Assembly: GCA_027484685.1 (NCBI GenBank)
Contig: JAIXSO010000026.1
Span: 18,406-82,405 of the forward strand
Reading direction: 5' to 3'
Origin: Bacteroidota bacterium
GTDB taxonomy: Bacteria > Bacteroidota > Bacteroidia > UKL13-3
DNA length: 64,000 bases
In this document: piece after piece, positions 18,815 through 29,243 of the stretch
How positions within the stretch are numbered: position 1 is the first letter of the stretch
Layout of the letters: each line of letters begins with the position of its first letter
Made by a program: the position numbers and the translations under genes
Notes under the pieces: generated by a model
Databases searched by the model: none
What the model saw: only the letters and a program-made list of their open reading frames with translations
What the model was told of the DNA's origin: nothing

Positions 18815-20935
18815 TTATTTAATTACTGCAAAATTACCCGTTTGCACAATACCACTTTGTAAATCTTTTACGCTGTACATGTATATTCCTTGGGTAATTT
18901 GATTTTTGGAGTCGCTTAGTAAATCCCAAGCATGTTCGCCTCCTGTCATTACTAATTTTTCTCTATCACTTAAGCGTTCAAACCATGCATTTCCTTCGCC
19001 ACTATATGTATTTGCATCGTGTTTAAAATTAGCGATTACATCACCACTAGTGGTATAAATAGTTATTTCACAGCTTTGTGGTAAATTATAAAAATACAGT
19101 TTTTTAGTCCTCGAGGTTGTTCCATCCCAAGCTGCGCTGGTACTGTATGGATTAGGGTAAATACCTACTTTGGTATTTTGGTCTTCTTTGGTAAAATTAT
19201 TTATATTGCTACCGCTAAAAACTCTAAAATCATTGCCACTAAACGATGATTCTAATGGTTCTAAATTTAAGTTTTTATTTCCTCTATCAAAGGCTGTAAC
19301 AATAAATAAATATTGCCATCCATTACTCAAATTATTCATGGTGTAAGCATAATGGTATTTGTTGGTATCACCTTCAAAAGTTTTTGGTTGTGCTAATCTT
19401 ATTAAGTCAAAACCATTATTAAAACCTACATCGTTTCCGGTGCTATCCCATTGTCCAATTAAATTGCGTGCATCGGTAAAATTTGGTTTTAAATCATCAC
19501 CAATTTTACTTGAATAAATCTTATAACCCTCAAAATCTTTTTCTCTGGTAATTGGGTCAATAGATGATTCGGCATTATTGCTCCAATAAATGGTTGCTTT
19601 TTTATCACCTGCTACTATTTTCACTTTAGGATCTTCAGGTGGTTCAGGCAATACAAAACGATCTAGTTTACCATTATTGTTGATGTCTTTTTCAGGAGTG
19701 TAAACGCCATTCTCTTCATTATCTTCACCTAAATAAGTTGCTTTAGCTCTTGTAAAATGGTCTCTTAATTCTTTTTGCGAAGCTTCAGTACTTAAAATAG
19801 TTAATGATTGGTTTTGGGTAAATTCTCTCAATTGTTTGCCGCACACAAAAGCCATAGTATAAGTCATGCTAGAGTCGGGTTCTAATGAGCGAAATGGACC
19901 TACACTCATTAACTGTAACCAATTAGATGCTGGTCCGTAAGTGGGTCCTGATGAAGAATTTAAATCGTTTGAATCAATACCAACAGCCAGTTTGCTATAC
20001 CTGGTTTGTTCATCATCAGGTCTAATGTATGGAGGAGTAACAGAGCCAAAAGTCCAAAAATTGGTATTAAAAGTTGGTGCTGTAAATCCTTTACTAGTAA
20101 ATATTTCAGGTTTTGCAGGATTAAAAAATAATCCATTCCAATCTGCACCCAAAAACTGCATGCCTCCATACGAACTGATAAAGTTAAAATCATCGGCTTG
20201 TTTCGAAGCCATGTAAGCTACAACAGCATTATTCTTATTATCTACAAAATTTCTACCTCTTTGAAAAAATAAAGAGCCTGTTTCTCTTGTAACATTTACA
20301 TTTCTAACTACTAAATCTGCAAAGTTGCCAATATATATAGAATCCCAGCGTTGTTTACTTTTATTGGTAATGGTATAGTTTAAAATTACAAAATAATCAG
20401 CATACGAGTAATTCCAGTTTAAAACCTCTAATTTAACAACTGCTTTTAAAGGATTGTCATGCGAGTTAATTGGTATGGTAGTACCTGGAATAATTACGTT
20501 ACTATCAGTGATGGTCATTACCAAATCTTGATGCGAAATGGCAGAATTAGAATAATTTGGACTTTTTGTTAAACTAGAACGTTCTAAAATTCCAGTAAGA
20601 GGAGTAAATTCAAAATTAGCTGCACCAGTTGAGTATCCAGCGCTGCTTTCTGACGAAGAAGTAGAAACCCTAACTTGTCCGTTAACGTAAGCCCCAATCC
20701 AAATGCCACCTTCAAATAAATGCTCAACACCACTTCCAGTAGGGTATGCCATTGATGGTGGACCACTGGTATTCGTTCTTACATTTGGTCGGCCAATGGT
20801 TCCAGCATTATTAACCGTAAGCCCAAGTCGGGCAGCAGTTGTGTATTTGTTTTCGTTTTTAACTTGTGCTTGTATGTTTTTATTTATTAACAAAAAACAT
20901 AATACAAGTAAATTAGCGCCAATTAGTTTTTGCAT
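18815..20935 (-). CDS. Secreted protein with probable type-B T9SS C-terminal domain
   Basis: Signal peptide. C-terminus 'VGIYPNPYS...WDG...QGIYMYSVKDLQSGIVQTGNFAVIK' resembles the SprB-type (type B) CTD. Confidence 0.5.
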   Translation of the reverse strand: MQKLIGANLLVLCFLLINKNIQAQVKNENKYTTAARLGLTVNNAGTIGRPNVRTNTSGPPSMAYPTGSGVEHLFEGGIWIGAYVNGQVRVSTSSSESSAGYSTGAANFEFTPLTGILERSSLTKSPNYSNSAISHQDLVMTITDSNVIIPGTTIPINSHDNPLKAVVKLEVLNWNYSYADYFVILNYTITNKSKQRWDSIYIGNFADLVVRNVNVTRETGSLFFQRGRNFVDNKNNAVVAYMASKQADDFNFISSYGGMQFLGADWNGLFFNPAKPEIFTSKGFTAPTFNTNFWTFGSVTPPYIRPDDEQTRYSKLAVGIDSNDLNSSSGPTYGPASNWLQLMSVGPFRSLEPDSSMTYTMAFVCGKQLREFTQNQSLTILSTEASQKELRDHFTRAKATYLGEDNEENGVYTPEKDINNNGKLDRFVLPEPPEDPKVKIVAGDKKATIYWSNNAESSIDPITREKDFEGYKIYSSKIGDDLKPNFTDARNLIGQWDSTGNDVGFNNGFDLIRLAQPKTFEGDTNKYHYAYTMNNLSNGWQYLFIVTAFDRGNKNLNLEPLESSFSGNDFRVFSGSNINNFTKEDQNTKVGIYPNPYSTSAAWDGTTSRTKKLYFYNLPQSCEITIYTTSGDVIANFKHDANTYSGEGNAWFERLSDREKLVMTGGEHAWDLLSDSKNQITQGIYMYSVKDLQSGIVQTGNFAVIK

Positions 20936-21187
20936 ATTTTACAGTTTGCAAATATGTGAATTTTAACAATACGTTACTGTTAAATTATTATTTTGCAGTA
21001 ATTAAATTGATAAATATTTTTTTTCAACAGCCTACCAACTCCTAATACATTGTGAATGTTATTTTTAAAAAACTTTCTTAGGCTTATTTTCGATGATAAT
21101 TGTCAATACATAAAATTATTTTTACTAGTATTTGACACCATTGCTATATTGCAACACATTTACACAATAAAAAATAGGATTATACCA

Positions 21188-22333
21188 ATGAAGCATTTGA
21201 AAATTAAAGCATCTTTTGTATTAATGATAGCTATGTTACTTTTTAGTAACTTATCAGTATTCGCGCAAGATATGAACGAGGAAGCAGCAGACGCAGCTCA
21301 ATCAACAGCTAGTAACATTAACTGGTTAATTACTGGCATTGCCATTTTATTAGTTTTTATTATAGGAATGGTTTTCGATATATTATCGAAAGTTGGCGAT
21401 GTTCAAAAGAAACCAGTAATCAACTGGGGTAAAATTAATGCCTATTTAGCATTGGTGTTTTTAGTAGTTGGATTAACTGCAACAGTTTGGGAGTTTATGG
21501 TTCATGGTAAACTAACATTATTTGCATTGCCAGCTGCATCAGCACATGCTGAAGAGTATGACAATATGTTTATGATTACTTTAGCATTAACGGGATTTGT
21601 TTTTGTTATTACTCAAATATTATTGTTTTGGTACACATACAAATACAAAGAAAACTTAAAACGTAAAGCTTTACATTATCCTGATAATCACAAACTTGAG
21701 CTAATTTGGACAATTATTCCAACTTTTGTGCTAACAATTTTAGTGGTTAGGGGTTTAATAGTTTGGAATCATATGACTTCAAGTAAATCAGAAAATGCAA
21801 TGAATATAGAAGTATTTGGCTACCAATTTGCTTGGAATGCCCGCTATAGTGGTGCTGATAATAAATTAGGTAAATACGATTTTCGTCAAATGGGTGTTGT
21901 TAATGCCTTAGGTGTTGATAGTACTAAAGAATTTGCTGGTGATGATATTATAACAAGTGAATTGCATATTCCAGTTAATAGAGATATTTATTTACATTTT
22001 AGAGCGAAAGATGTGATTCACTCAGCATATTTACCTCATTTTAGAGTTCAAATGAATGTGGTGCCAGGTTTGCCAACTAAATTTAGCTTCACACCAACTT
22101 TAACCACCAACGAAATGCGTGTTAAATTAGATAATCCTAATTTTGATTACATATTGTTATGTAACAAAATTTGTGGAAGTGCGCATTACCGTATGAAAAT
22201 GAAAGTTATTGTTGATTCGGAAGAAGAATTTGACAAATGGATTAAACAACAGCCAGCCTTAACAGCAAAAGGAACTGAAACTAACAATGCTTTTTCTTTT
22301 AAAATAAAAAATAGCCCTTTGGCTTCAAATTAA
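21188..22333 (+). CDS. coxB: Cytochrome c oxidase subunit II
   Basis: Signal peptide at the internal Met. CuA centre 'H...CNKICGSAHYRM' (C-x3-C-G-x2-H-x2-M). The ORF track start at 21056 is likely too far upstream. Confidence 0.85.
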   Translation: MKHLKIKASFVLMIAMLLFSNLSVFAQDMNEEAADAAQSTASNINWLITGIAILLVFIIGMVFDILSKVGDVQKKPVINWGKINAYLALVFLVVGLTATVWEFMVHGKLTLFALPAASAHAEEYDNMFMITLALTGFVFVITQILLFWYTYKYKENLKRKALHYPDNHKLELIWTIIPTFVLTILVVRGLIVWNHMTSSKSENAMNIEVFGYQFAWNARYSGADNKLGKYDFRQMGVVNALGVDSTKEFAGDDIITSELHIPVNRDIYLHFRAKDVIHSAYLPHFRVQMNVVPGLPTKFSFTPTLTTNEMRVKLDNPNFDYILLCNKICGSAHYRMKMKVIVDSEEEFDKWIKQQPALTAKGTETNNAFSFKIKNSPLASN

Positions 22334-22367
22334 TTTTTAACATTTAGAAATAAAATAATAGATATAT

Positions 22368-24269
22368 ATGAGCGCAGTTGCAATGCACACCGATGGCCAC
22401 CACCACGATGACCACGGCCATCACAAAGAGACCTTCATTTCGAAGTACATTTTTAGTATGGACCACAAAATGATATCGAAACAGTTTTTAATAACTGGTA
22501 TCATTATGGGTACAATTGGAATGTTAATGTCGTTAGTTTTCCGTTTACAGCTTGCTTATCCTGAAACTAAGTTTCCTATTTTCGAAACTATTTTAGGCGA
22601 GTGGGGTAAAGGTGGAAAATTAGATCCTAATTTCTATTTAGCTTTAATTACTATTCATGGTACCATTATGGTATTCTTTGTATTAACCGCTGGTTTAAGT
22701 GGTACATTTAGTAATTTATTAATTCCATTACAAGTTGGTGCTCGTGATATGGCCTCGCCTTTCATGAACATGTTATCATATTGGTTCTTTTTTACCTCAT
22801 CGGTAATTATGATTTGGTCATTATTTGTGCAAGGTGGACCAGCTTCTGCAGGTTGGACAATTTACCCACCACTATCAGCATTGCCTAAAGCAATTCCTGG
22901 TTCTGGTACTGGTATGACTTTGTGGTTAGTATCAATGATTATGTTCATTGTTTCATCACTATTAGGTGGTATTAACTATGTAGCTACTGTGGTTAACATG
23001 CGTACCAAAGGTATGAAAATGACTAGAATGCCTTTAACAATTTGGGCATTTACATTTACTGCTATTTTAGGTATTTTATCTTTCCCTGTTTTATTTGGTG
23101 GTTCTCTTTTATTAGTATTTGATAGAAGTTTTGGAACATCATTTTACTTAAATGAAATTCCTGCTGATTTAGCTGGTGGAATTGAAAGAGTTGGTGGTTC
23201 ACCTATTTTATTCCAACATTTATTTTGGTTTTTAGGTCACCCTGAGGTGTATATTATTTTATTACCTGCTTTAGGTATTACTTCTGAAGTTATTGCAACT
23301 AATGCTCGTAAACCAATTTTTGGTTACCGTGCAATGATTGGTTCAATTATGGCTATTGCTATTCTTTCATTCATTGTTTGGGGACACCACATGTTTATTA
23401 CAGGTATGAATCCGTTCTTAGGTTCGGTATTTATGTTAGGAACATTAATTATTGCTGTTCCTTCTGCTGTAAAAACATTTAACTATTTAGGTACTTTATG
23501 GCAAGGTAACTTGCGTTTAAATCCTCAAATGATGTTTGCTATTGGTTTAGTATCATTCTTTATTTCGGGTGGTTTAACAGGTATTTTCTTAGGAAATGCT
23601 GCCTTGGATATTAACTTACACGATTCATACTTTGTGGTTGCTCACTTCCATTTAGTAATGGGTAGTGCTGCTATTTTTGGTATGTTATGTGGTATTTACC
23701 ATTGGTATCCTAAGATGTTTGGTAGAACAATGAACGAAAGTTTGGGACATATCCATTTCTGGATGACAATAGTTTCTGCTTATTGTGTGTTCTTCCCTAT
23801 GCACTTTATGGGCTTAGCTGGTGTACCTCGTAGATATTATGCATTTACTGCTTACGATCAGTTTAATGTATTTGTTGATATGAACAAGTTTATTACTTAC
23901 GCTGCATTTATTGGCGGTATTGCTCAATTTATTTTCTTGTTCAATTTCTTCTACAGTATGTTTAAAGGTAAGAAAGCTGTTCAAAATCCTTGGGAAAGTA
24001 ACACCTTAGAGTGGACCACTCCGGTTAAACATTTACATGGCAACTGGCCAGGAGAAATCCCTCATGTATATCGTTGGCCGTATGATTATAGTGTACCAGG
24101 TCACGAAACAGATTTCATTCCTCAAACAACTCCAGATGAAGGTCAGTTAGATCCATTATCTGAACCAAAACATATTCCTGCTCCTGAACGAAAAAAGGTT
24201 ACTACTTTAGAAAAAGAAGAAGCAGTTTTATTTACAGTAGTTAAACGTTGGTTGGGGTTTGCTCAATAA
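22368..24269 (+). CDS. ctaD: Cytochrome c oxidase subunit I
   Basis: 633 aa, 12+ TM helices, conserved heme/CuB histidine ligands ('HHMF', 'WAHHMF'-type region). Confidence 0.92.
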   Translation: MSAVAMHTDGHHHDDHGHHKETFISKYIFSMDHKMISKQFLITGIIMGTIGMLMSLVFRLQLAYPETKFPIFETILGEWGKGGKLDPNFYLALITIHGTIMVFFVLTAGLSGTFSNLLIPLQVGARDMASPFMNMLSYWFFFTSSVIMIWSLFVQGGPASAGWTIYPPLSALPKAIPGSGTGMTLWLVSMIMFIVSSLLGGINYVATVVNMRTKGMKMTRMPLTIWAFTFTAILGILSFPVLFGGSLLLVFDRSFGTSFYLNEIPADLAGGIERVGGSPILFQHLFWFLGHPEVYIILLPALGITSEVIATNARKPIFGYRAMIGSIMAIAILSFIVWGHHMFITGMNPFLGSVFMLGTLIIAVPSAVKTFNYLGTLWQGNLRLNPQMMFAIGLVSFFISGGLTGIFLGNAALDINLHDSYFVVAHFHLVMGSAAIFGMLCGIYHWYPKMFGRTMNESLGHIHFWMTIVSAYCVFFPMHFMGLAGVPRRYYAFTAYDQFNVFVDMNKFITYAAFIGGIAQFIFLFNFFYSMFKGKKAVQNPWESNTLEWTTPVKHLHGNWPGEIPHVYRWPYDYSVPGHETDFIPQTTPDEGQLDPLSEPKHIPAPERKKVTTLEKEEAVLFTVVKRWLGFAQ

Positions 24270-24286
24270 TTTAAACAAATAAAAAT

Positions 24287-24316
24287 AACCACACTTTTAT
24301 GAGTGTGGTTGTTTTA
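24287..24316 (+). terminator. Rho-independent terminator or attenuator after ctaD
   Basis: Hairpin 'aaccacact'/'agtgtggtt' followed by GTTTT. Confidence 0.55.
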
Positions 24317-24345
24317 AAAAGAATGATTTAAAATCATTCAGAATA

Positions 24346-25320
24346 ATGTTAGAAACAAAAAAATACGAAATTAGATTTAGAAGATTTGGAATTGCAACTA
24401 TCATTGCAGTTTTCTTCCTAATTTTTGTAGGAGGTTTAGTAAGAAGTACTGGAAGTGGGATGGGTTGTCCTGATTGGCCAAAATGTTTTGGTCAGTATGT
24501 GCCGCCTACCAATATAAATCAATTACCTGTTGATTATAAAACCAAGTTTGCCGTTCAAGGTAAGCAAATAGCCGATTTCGATGTTTACAAAACTTGGATT
24601 GAATATTTAAATAGGTTAGTTGGTGTTGTAATTGGGTTATTTATATTACTTACTGTAGTTTTTGCATTTCCTTATTTAAAATCAAACCCTAAAATATTTT
24701 GGTTAAGCTTCTTAGCTTTTATTTTAGTTGGTTTTCAAGGTTGGATTGGTTCTAAAGTAGTGTCTACCGATTTAGCTACTTGGATGATAACCATACACAT
24801 GTTAATAGCTTTGGTGATTGTAGCATTGTTAATTTTTACAGTGGCTATTTCCCAAACGTTTAGCATTATTCAATATAAATCGGATAGTTCTTTAAAATGG
24901 TTTATTTACATTTCATTAATTATTAGTTTAATACAAATAGTTAGTGGAACTCAAGTTCGTGAAAAAGTTGACCATGTGGCTAATCTTTTTGGTGAACAAT
25001 ATCGAACTCAATGGCCTAAATTTTTTATGGAAGAGTTAATCTTTAAATTACATAGAAGTTGGTCAATTTTGAGTTTACTTATTTCAACATTATTACTATT
25101 TAAATATAGAAATTTGTTTGAAAGAAGCTCATTAATTTATAAATGTGGATTGGGAATTATTTTACTGTTATGTTCTCAAGCACTTAGTGGAAGTATTTTG
25201 GTAAATTTAGGTTTTCCCAAAGAAGTAACATCCATTCATTTAACAGTAGGAAGTATTATTGCTGGCTTACAAATTTTGGTAGCCATTTTGATTTTTAATA
25301 AAACAAAACTTATTAGCTAA
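24346..25320 (+). CDS. ctaA: Heme A synthase (COX15/CtaA family)
   Basis: 324 aa, 8 TM helices. Conserved His pairs and an N-terminal 'GCPDWPKC' cysteine loop. Confidence 0.8.
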   Translation: MLETKKYEIRFRRFGIATIIAVFFLIFVGGLVRSTGSGMGCPDWPKCFGQYVPPTNINQLPVDYKTKFAVQGKQIADFDVYKTWIEYLNRLVGVVIGLFILLTVVFAFPYLKSNPKIFWLSFLAFILVGFQGWIGSKVVSTDLATWMITIHMLIALVIVALLIFTVAISQTFSIIQYKSDSSLKWFIYISLIISLIQIVSGTQVREKVDHVANLFGEQYRTQWPKFFMEELIFKLHRSWSILSLLISTLLLFKYRNLFERSSLIYKCGLGIILLLCSQALSGSILVNLGFPKEVTSIHLTVGSIIAGLQILVAILIFNKTKLIS

Positions 25321-25348
25321 ACTAGCTTTTAAGTAAAAAAAATATAAA

Positions 25349-26251
25349 TTGGATAGAACAGAACAACATATTGCAATTGAAACAACAAGTTTTTGGAAAC
25401 AAAAATATGGTGATTACATGCAACTTATAAAAATCCGGTTGAGTAGTTTGGTTGTATTCAGTTCCGTTATAACTTATTTAACTGCTGTAAGTGGCACTAT
25501 TAATTGGTTTGAGGTTTTTATTTTAGGCGCTGCTGGCTTATTGGTAACTGGTGCTGCTAATGGAATCAATCAAATAATTGAAAAGGACTACGATAAGTTA
25601 ATGACTAGAACGGCTAACAGACCTGTTTCAACTGGACGAATGAGCGTTTTAGAAGCAGGAATTAGCTCTACCTTAATGGGATTAATTGGAGTTTTCTTAA
25701 TTGGTTTTTATTTAAATCAATTGAGTGGTGTATTAGCATTAATTTCACTTTTAAGCTATGCATTTATATATACACCTTTAAAACGTGTTACACCAATTTC
25801 GGTATTTGTGGGTGCTTTTCCAGGTGCTTTTCCTACTATGTTAGGTTGGGTAGCTTACACTGGAAAAATTGATTTAGCAGCTATTGTTTTATTTACCGTT
25901 CAATTTGTTTGGCAGTTTCCTCATTTTTGGAGTATTGCTTGGCTTTTAGAAGATGATTATAAAAAAGCTGGTTTCAAAATGTTGCCTTTTAACCCGGGAA
26001 GAACCAAGAAAACTGCATTTCAATGTTTATTATTCTCCTTGATTTTAATTCCAATTGGAATTTTACCTACTGTATTTGGAATTTCAGGAGTGGTGGCCGC
26101 TGTTGTTGCAGTTTTTGGTGCCTTATATTTTAGTTTTTACGCCTATAAATTATATAAAAGTTGCGAACTAGCTGATGCTAAAAAGTTAATGTTAGCCGCA
26201 ATTATCTATCTACCCATTGTTCAACTTTTTTACTTGATAGATAAAATTTAA
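25349..26251 (+). CDS. cyoE: Protoheme IX farnesyltransferase (heme O synthase)
   Basis: UbiA-family 300 aa protein with the 'NQIIEKDYDKLMTRTANRP' aspartate-rich motif, in a cox operon. Confidence 0.85.
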   Translation: MDRTEQHIAIETTSFWKQKYGDYMQLIKIRLSSLVVFSSVITYLTAVSGTINWFEVFILGAAGLLVTGAANGINQIIEKDYDKLMTRTANRPVSTGRMSVLEAGISSTLMGLIGVFLIGFYLNQLSGVLALISLLSYAFIYTPLKRVTPISVFVGAFPGAFPTMLGWVAYTGKIDLAAIVLFTVQFVWQFPHFWSIAWLLEDDYKKAGFKMLPFNPGRTKKTAFQCLLFSLILIPIGILPTVFGISGVVAAVVAVFGALYFSFYAYKLYKSCELADAKKLMLAAIIYLPIVQLFYLIDKI

Positions 26252-26253
26252 TA

Positions 26254-26838
26254 ATGATACAAACCGTTAATAAACCGATAATTGATGAGCGCGAACCAGG
26301 TGTAGAGCCTAAAAAGTTTGTACTTTGGTTGTTACTAGTAAGTAGTATAATGCTATTTGCTGGTTTTACAAGTGCTTACATAGTGCGCAGGGGAGAAGGC
26401 GAATGGGTAGTTTTTGAATTACCTATAATGTTTATGCTTAACACTGGAGTAGTGGTATTAAGCAGTGTATTTATGCAATGGGCATATATGTCAGCTAAGA
26501 AAGACGAATTGAATCAAACCAAATTAGGTCTTGCTTTAGCAATTATTTTGGGAACCTTATTTTGCATTATGCAGTATTGGGGTTGGAGCCAAATGGTTTA
26601 TAATTCAATTTATTTTGGATTTGCTAACCCAAGTGGTTCATTTGTGTATGTAATTACTGGCTTGCATTTAGCTCACGTAGTTATTGGTATTTTATATTTA
26701 ATAACTATTTTAATACAAACGTTTAGATTTAAAGTACACAAAAAGGCCATAAGAGGAATTGCAATGTGTAATACTTATTGGCATTTTGTAGGAATACTTT
26801 GGATTTATCTATATGTATTTTTACTTTTGAACAGATAA
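26254..26838 (+). CDS. Cytochrome c oxidase subunit III (first of two cox3-like genes)
   Basis: 194 aa, 5 TM helices, cox3-like composition. Split cox3 is typical of Bacteroidota. Confidence 0.7.
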   Translation: MIQTVNKPIIDEREPGVEPKKFVLWLLLVSSIMLFAGFTSAYIVRRGEGEWVVFELPIMFMLNTGVVVLSSVFMQWAYMSAKKDELNQTKLGLALAIILGTLFCIMQYWGWSQMVYNSIYFGFANPSGSFVYVITGLHLAHVVIGILYLITILIQTFRFKVHKKAIRGIAMCNTYWHFVGILWIYLYVFLLLNR

Positions 26839-26879
26839 AAAATTAAATAAACTAAGAAACAAATAATAATTAATAAATA

Positions 26880-27635
26880 ATGGCAAACTCAGCTACTTTA
26901 ACTACCGACAGCAAACAAACATGGGGTGGAGGAAAATCACCTTTCAGTGTAAGTTATGGTAAATTAATGATGTGGATTTTTCTACTTTCAGATGCATTTA
27001 CTTTTTCATCATTGCTAATTGCGTATGGTTTTGTAAGATTTACTTTTACAGGCTCATTACCGAACTCAGTTGTAAAACCTTTTGCGCACCTTTCGCATAA
27101 CTTTGTTGAAGAAATGCAGAAAGCTGGCATGTTTGTTACTGAACGTTGGCCTTCACCTGAATTGGTATTCAATCATTTTCCTTTCTTACATGGTATTCAC
27201 TTACCATTGATGTTCGTTAGTTTAATGACCTTTATTTTGATTTTCAGTTCTGTTACCATGGTATTAGCTGTAGAAGCTGGTCATAGAATGGCTAAAAAAG
27301 AAGTGGAGAATTATATGATTTTAACTATTATTGGTGGTGCAGCTTTCTTAGGTTGCCAAGCTTGGGAGTGGACAAATTTTATTGGTGAAGGTGCAAGCTT
27401 AAGCAGCAATCCTTTTGGTCCAACAGCTTTTGCTGCTTTGTTCTTTATTGTTACGGGTTTCCACGGTACACACGTACTTTCAGGTGTTATATTAAATATA
27501 GTTATTTACTTAAATGTAGTTAACGGAACTTACGAAAAAAGAGGCCATTACGAAATGGTTGAAAAAGTAGGTTTATACTGGCATTTTGTTGATTTAGTTT
27601 GGGTGTTTGTATTTACATTCTTCTATTTAATATAA
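26880..27635 (+). CDS. ctaE: Cytochrome c oxidase subunit III
   Basis: 251 aa. Conserved C-terminal cox3 'GFHGTHV..G' motif. Confidence 0.8.
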   Translation: MANSATLTTDSKQTWGGGKSPFSVSYGKLMMWIFLLSDAFTFSSLLIAYGFVRFTFTGSLPNSVVKPFAHLSHNFVEEMQKAGMFVTERWPSPELVFNHFPFLHGIHLPLMFVSLMTFILIFSSVTMVLAVEAGHRMAKKEVENYMILTIIGGAAFLGCQAWEWTNFIGEGASLSSNPFGPTAFAALFFIVTGFHGTHVLSGVILNIVIYLNVVNGTYEKRGHYEMVEKVGLYWHFVDLVWVFVFTFFYLI

Positions 27636-27685
27636 TTTCAAAATTCAAAGAGTTTAATAGTTTAACATATTAATAAAAAATTATC

Positions 27686-28015
27686 ATGGATCAAGTAGAA
27701 CATTTAGAACACACAGAATCACCTGCTAATATGAAAAGCCAAATTTGGCGTACATTTTGGGTTTTATTGGCTTTAACATTAGTCGATATCGTTTTATATT
27801 TCGTATTACTTTCAAGTCACTCCATTGCTAAAAATATCTTATTCGTATTTTTAGGAATAGTAAAAGCATTTTATATCGTTTCGGTATTTATGCATATGAA
27901 ATTTGAACGTAAATTCTTAGTTTGGATTATTATTACTCCAATGCTATTTGTGTGTTTCTTAATTTGGTTAGCTTTAACCGAAGCAGGATATACATTTGGA
28001 ATGCGTTTATTTTAA
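27686..28015 (+). CDS. Cytochrome c oxidase subunit IV (small 3-TM subunit)
   Basis: 109 aa, 3 TM helices, located immediately after cox3. Confidence 0.6.
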   Translation: MDQVEHLEHTESPANMKSQIWRTFWVLLALTLVDIVLYFVLLSSHSIAKNILFVFLGIVKAFYIVSVFMHMKFERKFLVWIIITPMLFVCFLIWLALTEAGYTFGMRLF

Positions 28016-28066
28016 AAATCTTTTTCGCAAAAAAACTTTAAGTAAGTTTTTTACTTTATATTATTA

Positions 28067-28714
28067 ATGAAAAGAAAATCATTTTGGGTAGCAATTGGCC
28101 TTTTAGTAGTGCCAGTTGCTCTCTTTTTTTTATTGCGTGCTAGTAAACAAAATTACAAGCATTTGCCTCATTTAGGTTATCACACTGAGCCTAATGGAAA
28201 AGATATTAAGGACACTATCTTTTACCAAGTCCCTGAATTTTCTGTTACCGATCAAAGCGGAAAAGAATTAAACACCAAAATGCTTAGCAATAATATTGTG
28301 ATAGCTAATTTCTTTTTTGCTAGTTGCAAAGATGTTTGCCCAGCTATGAACCACAATTTATCTGCTTTTTACGAAAAAGCTAAAGAATGGAGCGAGGTTA
28401 AGTTGGTTTCATTCACAGTAGATCCTGATAACGATTCTACTAAGGTATTATTTGATTATGCCAATAGATTTAAAGCAGATAAAAATATTTGGCATTTTTG
28501 TAGAACCAATAAAGAAAATTTGTTTAAAATTGGTCAAGGTTTTTTACTACCCGTTTCCATTGAAGACAAAACAGTTGACCATAGCCAACAAGTAATATTA
28601 ATGGATAAATCGCGCTGTATTAGAGGCGTTTATAATGGCCTTGATTTAAACGATATGAAGCGATTAAATGACGAATTAAAAGTACTTTTATATGAATACC
28701 ACGAACCAAAATAG
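28067..28714 (+). CDS. SCO1/SenC copper chaperone
   Basis: TM anchor and thioredoxin fold with the 'CKDVC' CxxxC copper-binding motif. Confidence 0.8.
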   Translation: MKRKSFWVAIGLLVVPVALFFLLRASKQNYKHLPHLGYHTEPNGKDIKDTIFYQVPEFSVTDQSGKELNTKMLSNNIVIANFFFASCKDVCPAMNHNLSAFYEKAKEWSEVKLVSFTVDPDNDSTKVLFDYANRFKADKNIWHFCRTNKENLFKIGQGFLLPVSIEDKTVDHSQQVILMDKSRCIRGVYNGLDLNDMKRLNDELKVLLYEYHEPK

Positions 28715-29243
28715 TCAAGATAAATTAGTTTTTAAAATAGTTACCATTGTTTCAATATTTGTTTTTGTAGCTGTTGTAATTTTAAATCGTAAAATATTAC
28801 CAAGGCCCGAAGTATTGCCAAGTTGGGTAATGTATTTGCCTAAATTAAATGCATTTATTAATGCTACTTGTACAGTTTTGTTATTGCTTTCATTGTATTT
28901 TATTAAACAAAAAAACATTGCTGCACATAAAGCTATTAACTTAACTGCTTTTGGGTTATCGTCTTTATTTTTGGTGAGTTATATTTTGTATCATTGGATG
29001 GCAAACGAAACCACTTTTCCTGAAGATAATTCAATGAGAGGTTTGTATTTAACCATTTTAATCAGTCATATTATTTTAGCTGCATTGGTTTTACCTTTGG
29101 TATTGCTTTCTTTTTATTATGGCTTGCAAATGAATGTAGAAAAACACCGTAAGATTGTACGTTTTACTTATCCAATTTGGTTATATGTAACTACCACAGG
29201 CGTTATAGTATATGCTATGATTAGCCCTTATTACAAATTTTAG
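28692..29243 (+). CDS. DUF420 (CtaM-like) membrane protein associated with oxidase assembly
   Basis: 183 aa, 4 TM helices, terminal gene of the cox operon. Overlaps sco1 by 23 bp. Confidence 0.6.
   Translation: MNTTNQNSQDKLVFKIVTIVSIFVFVAVVILNRKILPRPEVLPSWVMYLPKLNAFINATCTVLLLLSLYFIKQKNIAAHKAINLTAFGLSSLFLVSYILYHWMANETTFPEDNSMRGLYLTILISHIILAALVLPLVLLSFYYGLQMNVEKHRKIVRFTYPIWLYVTTTGVIVYAMISPYYKF

Noticed and set aside
18775-18815. Inverted repeat 'gtccgatagctatcggac' downstream of the 18815 gene
   Set aside because: Forms a hairpin but lacks a following U-tract on the relevant strand. Too weak to call a terminator.
26254-27635. Two consecutive cox3-like genes
   Set aside because: A split/duplicated cytochrome oxidase subunit III is the normal arrangement in Bacteroidota aa3-type operons. 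It is not a pseudogene or anomaly.
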